Shown here one piece after another: positions 54,060 to 58,175 of a stretch of DNA of 58,175 bases. The position numbers were made by a program, and so were the translations under genes. Under the pieces are notes generated by a model. The model did no database searches. It was not told the DNA's origin and saw only the letters and a list, made by a program, of their open reading frames with translations. The stretch lies in NCBI GenBank assembly GCA_003518365.1, contig DOYU01000013.1, positions 12,974-71,148 of the forward strand, written 5' to 3'. The stretch is from Candidatus Magasanikiibacteriota bacterium (lineage in GTDB: Bacteria > Patescibacteriota > Patescibacteriia > Magasanikbacterales > UBA922). The number at the start of each line of letters is the position of its first letter. Within the stretch, counting starts at the first letter, position 1.

Positions 54060-57000
54060 TTAGAAGGAAAGTGCACTTCCGTTTACATCGTAACTATCTG
54101 AAGCAGTGTATGCTGTACTATTTTCACTACCATTTACTGGTGTGTAGAAGTAAGTCATTACACCATCAGCCCAGTAGTCTTCGTAGTCATCATCTGCAGA
54201 TTCGTATCCAGTAGCTCCATCAAGTTTTGCACTGAGGAGTGCATTGTTTCCAGAGCTGAGACCTGTACGGATATTTGAAGTATTCGCAGTAACAGTAAAG
54301 GTCTTTGTTTCACCAGCTGAGAGAACGAAGTTAGCAAGTCGGCTCGATGTATCATTTACAGGACCGAAAGCAATCGTCAAACTTGGTGTAGTTGTACTGA
54401 GAACATCTGCCATGTATGGACTAGCGATAGTACTTGTATTTGCAAGGAGGGTAGAACCATCATACAACTTGAAGTCGTAGACATATCCTTCTCCAGCAAG
54501 TCCTGATACAGAAAGGTAGACAGATGTCGTACTAATTCTCATATCACGTGCACCTGGGTTGGTAACCGTGTATTTGAAAACAGTTGTTTCTGTATCTGGC
54601 GTAGCACTTCCACTTGGTGCACCACTTGCGAGTGCAATAACAGGAGCAGTGTTGTGGAAGAGCATCTGGTTTGATGCAGCTTCGTTCAACAGACCTGCGG
54701 CAACCACCGTACTTGTACCAATCTTCGTTGCAGCAAGGAGACCTTGACCACCGTATGCTTCAAGGTAAGTATTACCATCACTGTAGAGTGCAGCTCGAGC
54801 AACATTTGCAGGAACCATTGTTCCAGAATTATTTACCATTGCGTAGAGTGACAATTTTTCAGTTGCACCAGAAGCAATCGTAGTACTAAATCCTGTGAAT
54901 GTGACAAGAGCATCAGTACCATTGTCTACAACAGGTGCAGTCGCAAGGACAGCTCCCGCTGCATTACGGAGTTCGAAATCTCCGTAGTTTGAAGATGATG
55001 CTTTGCTAGCGTTGTCATGATTTCGCAATGAGAAGGTAAGCTTCGTCAAATTGATGTCACTGTTTTGTGCTTCAAACTTATACTTCGCAACAAGTTGTTT
55101 TGTTGCAGATGGTGTCAAAATCTTACTTTCAACAGAACTGTCGTTCGTGACAATAAGTTTTTCTGAACCGTATGTAATAGCTTGAAGATCTGTAGCAACG
55201 ACACTTCCAGCAGCATTTTGACCGGTGGTAACACCAGTCGCGGTAATGCTCTCTACTGAAGGAGTAAATGCAGTACCGTCAGCAGCATCTGACTGTACGT
55301 CAGCCTTTACGTCAATAGTAACGACTTCATTAACAGCAAGTGCCTTGCTGATAGAGAATGTTGTACTTGCACTTGGACTTACTGTTTCAGTACCAAGTTG
55401 TGTACTTCCAATCCACAATCCTACATTTTCTACGTCTCGTGCACCCGTACTTAGTGGAAGACTCAGAACAATAGATGATACATTCACTCCTTCACTGCTG
55501 CCAGCTTGGAGTTTGAATGAACCAATAACTACGTCCTGTGCACCAATTGCAACAGTCTTATTTCCTACAGAAGTATTCTTCGCAAGAGTCAGACTTGCTG
55601 GGTTTACAGTGACGGTATTTGCAGGGTATGCAGTAGTACTATTTGGTTTTGTTTGGTAATCCAAACTTGAAAGTCTCTTCAAGTAGAATTTACCAACCTT
55701 TACCATGTAGGTATCAACAGCAGTTGCTCCATCAGCGACGTTCGCAGTGACGCGAATAGTCTTTGATTCACCAGACTTGATTGTCAAGTATGTAGACAGA
55801 TCAAGTTGTGTACCACTTGCAAATGATGAATCTGCAGTAGAAGTTGTGTTTACAACATTTGTGTATGCAGTAGAAAGATATGTCTTTCCTGTTGCAACGT
55901 CAACAACTTTTACATTTCCAGTAAGGTCTGGATCACCAGCTCCATCGTATGCTTCGATTTCGAGAGCCATTTTTCTGATTTCAACAGCTTCACCAACAGC
56001 TTTCAAGGTGTATTCAGCAAGAACAGTGTCAGATCCACCAGCAGCAATGCTTGCGCTAGGTGATGCTGATGACTTTTGTACTGAGAGAGTACCTTGTTTC
56101 ATCTTGAACCAACCTGTAGCTGATGCGTATCCACCACTAGCAAAACTAGTAGGTGCAACGAAATATCCACTGCTTGATCCCTTTGCCTTTACATCATAGT
56201 CATTTTGGATGTAGAGAGCAAAGTAATCGTTTGATCCGTCAACAACGTCTACTTTTACGGTAAAGTTGTCAGAATCACCTTTATCAAGAGTGTAGTTCAT
56301 TGGGACAGTGACATATCGATCACCAGAAGCCCATTCTTTTGTACCGAGTACTTGTCCTGTTGGACCATAGATAGTCCAGTTCTTCAATGAAGTATCTTCA
56401 TTGATCGAACCTTGAACAAAGAACGTAACACTCTGTACATTCAATGCTTCGTTTCCACTTTCAGCAAGTGTAAATTTGAAGACTTCTTTTTGTGTGTCTC
56501 CAATTTCGAGCTGTCCTTCATTTGCTGAACTTGCAGCAGCTGTTTCATTATCATATCCAGAAACAGCAGTTGTTGTTACTGTGTAACTAGCAAGTGTACC
56601 TGGAGTTACTGTAGCTTGACTTCCTACAACAGGAAGACCGCTTACACTGACATTACCAGTTGTGTCAACAGCTGTTGCACGGAAGGTAAATGATGCAGCA
56701 GAAGCACCAGCAGCAACGTTTACTTGCAAAGATGCAGTAACACTGCTATTTGCAGGGACAACGATAGGATTTGAACCAAATCCGATTTCAGCCATGCCAT
56801 CATCATCGAGAGAAGAAACAACCGCACCATGGCGATCACTTCCTACCCAGACGCTAACACCACTAAAACCAGTGTTTGCAACAAGACCTGACTTTTGAAC
56901 AGTCAAACCTGTAACTGAAACAGGCTCATTTCCAGCAGTAAGACGCACGTGGAGGACATCATTAAAGATACTTCCTTGTGCAGCTACTGTGGAAGGAGAT

Positions 57001-57782
57001 GTAGCAGCGAGGCTTGCTTGGAGAGATCCTGTGACAACAGGTGTACCAGGAGTTCCACTTCCACCACCCTGTGAAGGGTCAGCGATAATGGATGCAGCTG
57101 TTACAGGAGTAGCGCTTGCTTCTACTGCGTCAAAAAGTGCAGTAGACACAGTGCGTACGTCTCCAGCGAGGAATGAAGAAAGACTTCCTTCTACTGAATG
57201 GCGCATACCATCTTTCACGTACCAGACTCCTGATCCGTTATTCTTGATAAGCATACCATTGTGAACGCCACTTACTTCAGCACCAGTCGTATAGTTTGGC
57301 CAGTGGAAGTCGTGAACGTCACGAACAAGTGTTCCCCAGTTATCACCATAAAGTGATTTTGCTTCGTCTTCACTTCCGATCAGATGACGCATGTTGCCAG
57401 GTCCGACAGCATACACTTCTGGAGAGATAACAACCTTCACAAGGCGTGAGCCTGGTCGGTAGTCAACACCAGATGGGTTTACTGCGTTTGGGTATGCGCT
57501 TACACATGTAGAATCAATTTCCACAACTCCTGAAAAATCACTGTACCATGTGTGGTACAAATCAGATGTTGGGAAGTACATGCGCTTCATGTCTGAATCG
57601 AGGAGATAAACAGCGCTGTTGCCTTTTACTTTGAAAAGGTCACCAGCTTCGAGCGTAGGACATTCTGCAGCATTTGCAGCAAGAGGTGCAGCAAGTGCAG
57701 AAAGACCGATACTCCATGCTATCGTCATTACAACGACAGACCATGTAAATGCTTTTTTTGTAATGTTAATTACATCAGTCAT
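54060..57782 (-). CDS. large secreted cell-surface (S-layer-like) protein with repeated Ig-like modules
   Basis: 1240 aa with a signal peptide (..LAANA|AE) and a ~160-aa N-terminal domain shared with ORF 26015..27547. After that come at least 8 Ser/Thr/Ala/Val/Gly-rich modules ending in patterns such as GESKTIRVTANV and GETKTFTVTANT. Confidence 0.85.
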   Translation of the reverse strand: MTDVINITKKAFTWSVVVMTIAWSIGLSALAAPLAANAAECPTLEAGDLFKVKGNSAVYLLDSDMKRMYFPTSDLYHTWYSDFSGVVEIDSTCVSAYPNAVNPSGVDYRPGSRLVKVVISPEVYAVGPGNMRHLIGSEDEAKSLYGDNWGTLVRDVHDFHWPNYTTGAEVSGVHNGMLIKNNGSGVWYVKDGMRHSVEGSLSSFLAGDVRTVSTALFDAVEASATPVTAASIIADPSQGGGSGTPGTPVVTGSLQASLAATSPSTVAAQGSIFNDVLHVRLTAGNEPVSVTGLTVQKSGLVANTGFSGVSVWVGSDRHGAVVSSLDDDGMAEIGFGSNPIVVPANSSVTASLQVNVAAGASAASFTFRATAVDTTGNVSVSGLPVVGSQATVTPGTLASYTVTTTAVSGYDNETAAASSANEGQLEIGDTQKEVFKFTLAESGNEALNVQSVTFFVQGSINEDTSLKNWTIYGPTGQVLGTKEWASGDRYVTVPMNYTLDKGDSDNFTVKVDVVDGSNDYFALYIQNDYDVKAKGSSSGYFVAPTSFASGGYASATGWFKMKQGTLSVQKSSASPSASIAAGGSDTVLAEYTLKAVGEAVEIRKMALEIEAYDGAGDPDLTGNVKVVDVATGKTYLSTAYTNVVNTTSTADSSFASGTQLDLSTYLTIKSGESKTIRVTANVADGATAVDTYMVKVGKFYLKRLSSLDYQTKPNSTTAYPANTVTVNPASLTLAKNTSVGNKTVAIGAQDVVIGSFKLQAGSSEGVNVSSIVLSLPLSTGARDVENVGLWIGSTQLGTETVSPSASTTFSISKALAVNEVVTIDVKADVQSDAADGTAFTPSVESITATGVTTGQNAAGSVVATDLQAITYGSEKLIVTNDSSVESKILTPSATKQLVAKYKFEAQNSDINLTKLTFSLRNHDNASKASSSNYGDFELRNAAGAVLATAPVVDNGTDALVTFTGFSTTIASGATEKLSLYAMVNNSGTMVPANVARAALYSDGNTYLEAYGGQGLLAATKIGTSTVVAAGLLNEAASNQMLFHNTAPVIALASGAPSGSATPDTETTVFKYTVTNPGARDMRISTTSVYLSVSGLAGEGYVYDFKLYDGSTLLANTSTIASPYMADVLSTTTPSLTIAFGPVNDTSSRLANFVLSAGETKTFTVTANTSNIRTGLSSGNNALLSAKLDGATGYESADDDYEDYWADGVMTYFYTPVNGSENSTAYTASDSYDVNGSALSF

Positions 57783-57811
57783 AATAATAATTATAAGTAT
57801 TACTCCACCAC

Positions 57812-58033
57812 ATATTGCGCCCGCCGATTCGGCGGGTCAACCGTGATGAAGTGTATGTACCCAGAGTACATACCATGATACGCCTGGGAAGACTCGACCT
57901 TTGTATTATGGGTCCTCACAGCTTGTAAGCTGTGAAGGATTTGCCTACTGTATGGCAGCCTCCCCCGACCAGAGGTCGAAGGAAAAGCCATACAGTAAGA
58001 CGCCATCTATTTGAATTAACGTCCGCGCAATAT
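57812..58033 (-). promoter_or_regulatory. closed multi-hairpin structured element in the 5' region of the surface-protein gene (leader or independent ncRNA)
   Basis: The closing helix is atattgcgc (57812-57820) with gcgcaatat (58025-58033). Internal hairpins lie at 57820-57836, 57853-57873 and 57913-57939. An 11-bp stem (57946-57956 with 57987-57997) encloses a small hairpin at 57966-57978. Confidence 0.4.
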
Positions 58034-58089
58034 ATGCACGCCTCTGTTGCTATGGACGTACCACATCAACAGAAACCTATCTATACTGT

Positions 58090-58175
58090 TTACGTTCCAC
58101 TTACAGGTGCTGTACCAGTAGCAGAAGGAGGTAATGAAATGGTAGTCGTTGTATTTCCAATGGCAGGATTTGCAA
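58090..58175 (-). CDS. possible 3' end of another Thr/Ser/Ala-rich surface protein (only 28 codons in the window)
   Basis: The minus strand reads ..ANPAIGNTTTTISLPPSATGTAPVSGT*, with composition like the 1240-aa protein. This is too short to be sure. Confidence 0.3.
   Translation of the reverse strand, partial: ANPAIGNTTTTISLPPSATGTAPVSGT

Noticed and set aside
54158-57264. Multiple 60-150-aa ORFs on both strands within the 1240-aa gene.
   Set aside because: They are embedded in or antisense to the long ORF. Their compositional bias (Thr/Ser/Ala codons) explains the open antisense frames.
57961-57997. SRP (4.5S) RNA-like string GGUCGAAGGAAAAGCC on the plus strand, compared with the conserved GGUCCGGAAGGAAGCAGCC.
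   Set aside because: The GGAA tetraloop and AGCA symmetric-loop residues are not preserved. GGUC pairs locally with an upstream GACC instead, and the overall fold is multi-branched rather than a long rod.
57800-58006. 68-aa minus-strand ORF upstream of the surface-protein gene.
   Set aside because: It has no RBS and an Arg/Ser/Tyr-rich translation, and it coincides with dense RNA secondary structure. It is more likely non-coding.
57979-58077. RNase P RNA-like words GAAGGAAAAGCC and ACAGAAACC.
   Set aside because: The two P4-like strands are only about 90 nt apart and are not complementary in the required way. That is far too short and lacks the other conserved regions.
1-58175. Possibility of a recoded genetic code (UGA sense) to explain the lack of a called ORF over 1-2312.
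   Set aside because: All other genes give long ORFs with the standard code. The leuS frame is open under the standard code and is simply truncated by the window edge.
1-58175. Search for CRISPR arrays, transposases, integrases, prophage genes and toxin-antitoxin or known defence genes.
   Set aside because: None was recognised by eye. The only regular repeats are the short phased promoter or leader motifs and the inverted repeats reported above.

Overview
58.2 kb, AT-rich, almost gene-saturated and mostly minus-strand. The gene content looks like a small-genome, monoderm-type bacterium, possibly Patescibacteria/CPR-like; that placement is inference only. No CRISPR array, transposase, integrase or rRNA was recognised.

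**Left third (1-17.5 kb): housekeeping genes.**
- leuS (cut by the window edge), two tandem inositol-monophosphatase paralogues and gdhA.
- A DUF4349 protein, trxA, a free-standing 23S-IVS four-helix-bundle protein and a stand-alone infB.
- ppa, truB, rny, hup, tRNA-Glu(CUC) and tRNA-CAU.
- A ~1.9 kb strongly GC-rich island interrupts this block. It carries a polytopic membrane protein and is bracketed by terminators.

**Right two thirds (17.5-58 kb): cell envelope.**
- A PBP2-pilT-YtxH-GT4-DUF2304-GT2-UXS-like array comes first.
- It is followed by an S8 protease and a secreted repeat protein.
- A WbaP-type priming transferase follows, divergently oriented on the plus strand.
- Next comes a co-directional, ~21.5 kb, 22-gene glycan locus. 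It encodes sugar-nucleotide enzymes, seven SAM methyltransferases, a NodB-like deacetylase, several GT2/GT4 enzymes, a fused ABC exporter and a NeuB/cytidylyltransferase pair.
- The region ends with a Wzy_C/O-antigen-ligase-like protein with a TPR tail and a 1240-aa Ser/Thr/Ala-rich surface protein behind a ~220-nt multi-hairpin leader.

**Most interesting observations.**
1. LeuRS carries a complete YdeN/RBBP9-type alpha/beta serine-hydrolase domain inserted in its catalytic body.
2. The glycan locus, the Wzy_C-TPR enzyme and the giant surface protein together look like a self-contained, methylation-heavy surface-protein O-glycosylation system.
3. The GC-rich island appears foreign.
4. Two diverged 5' gene stubs (leuS, ugd) point to recombinational gene replacement or insertion.
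5. Several phased short repeats and inverted repeats sit in promoter or leader regions.

All family assignments come from motifs read by eye. No database search was run.
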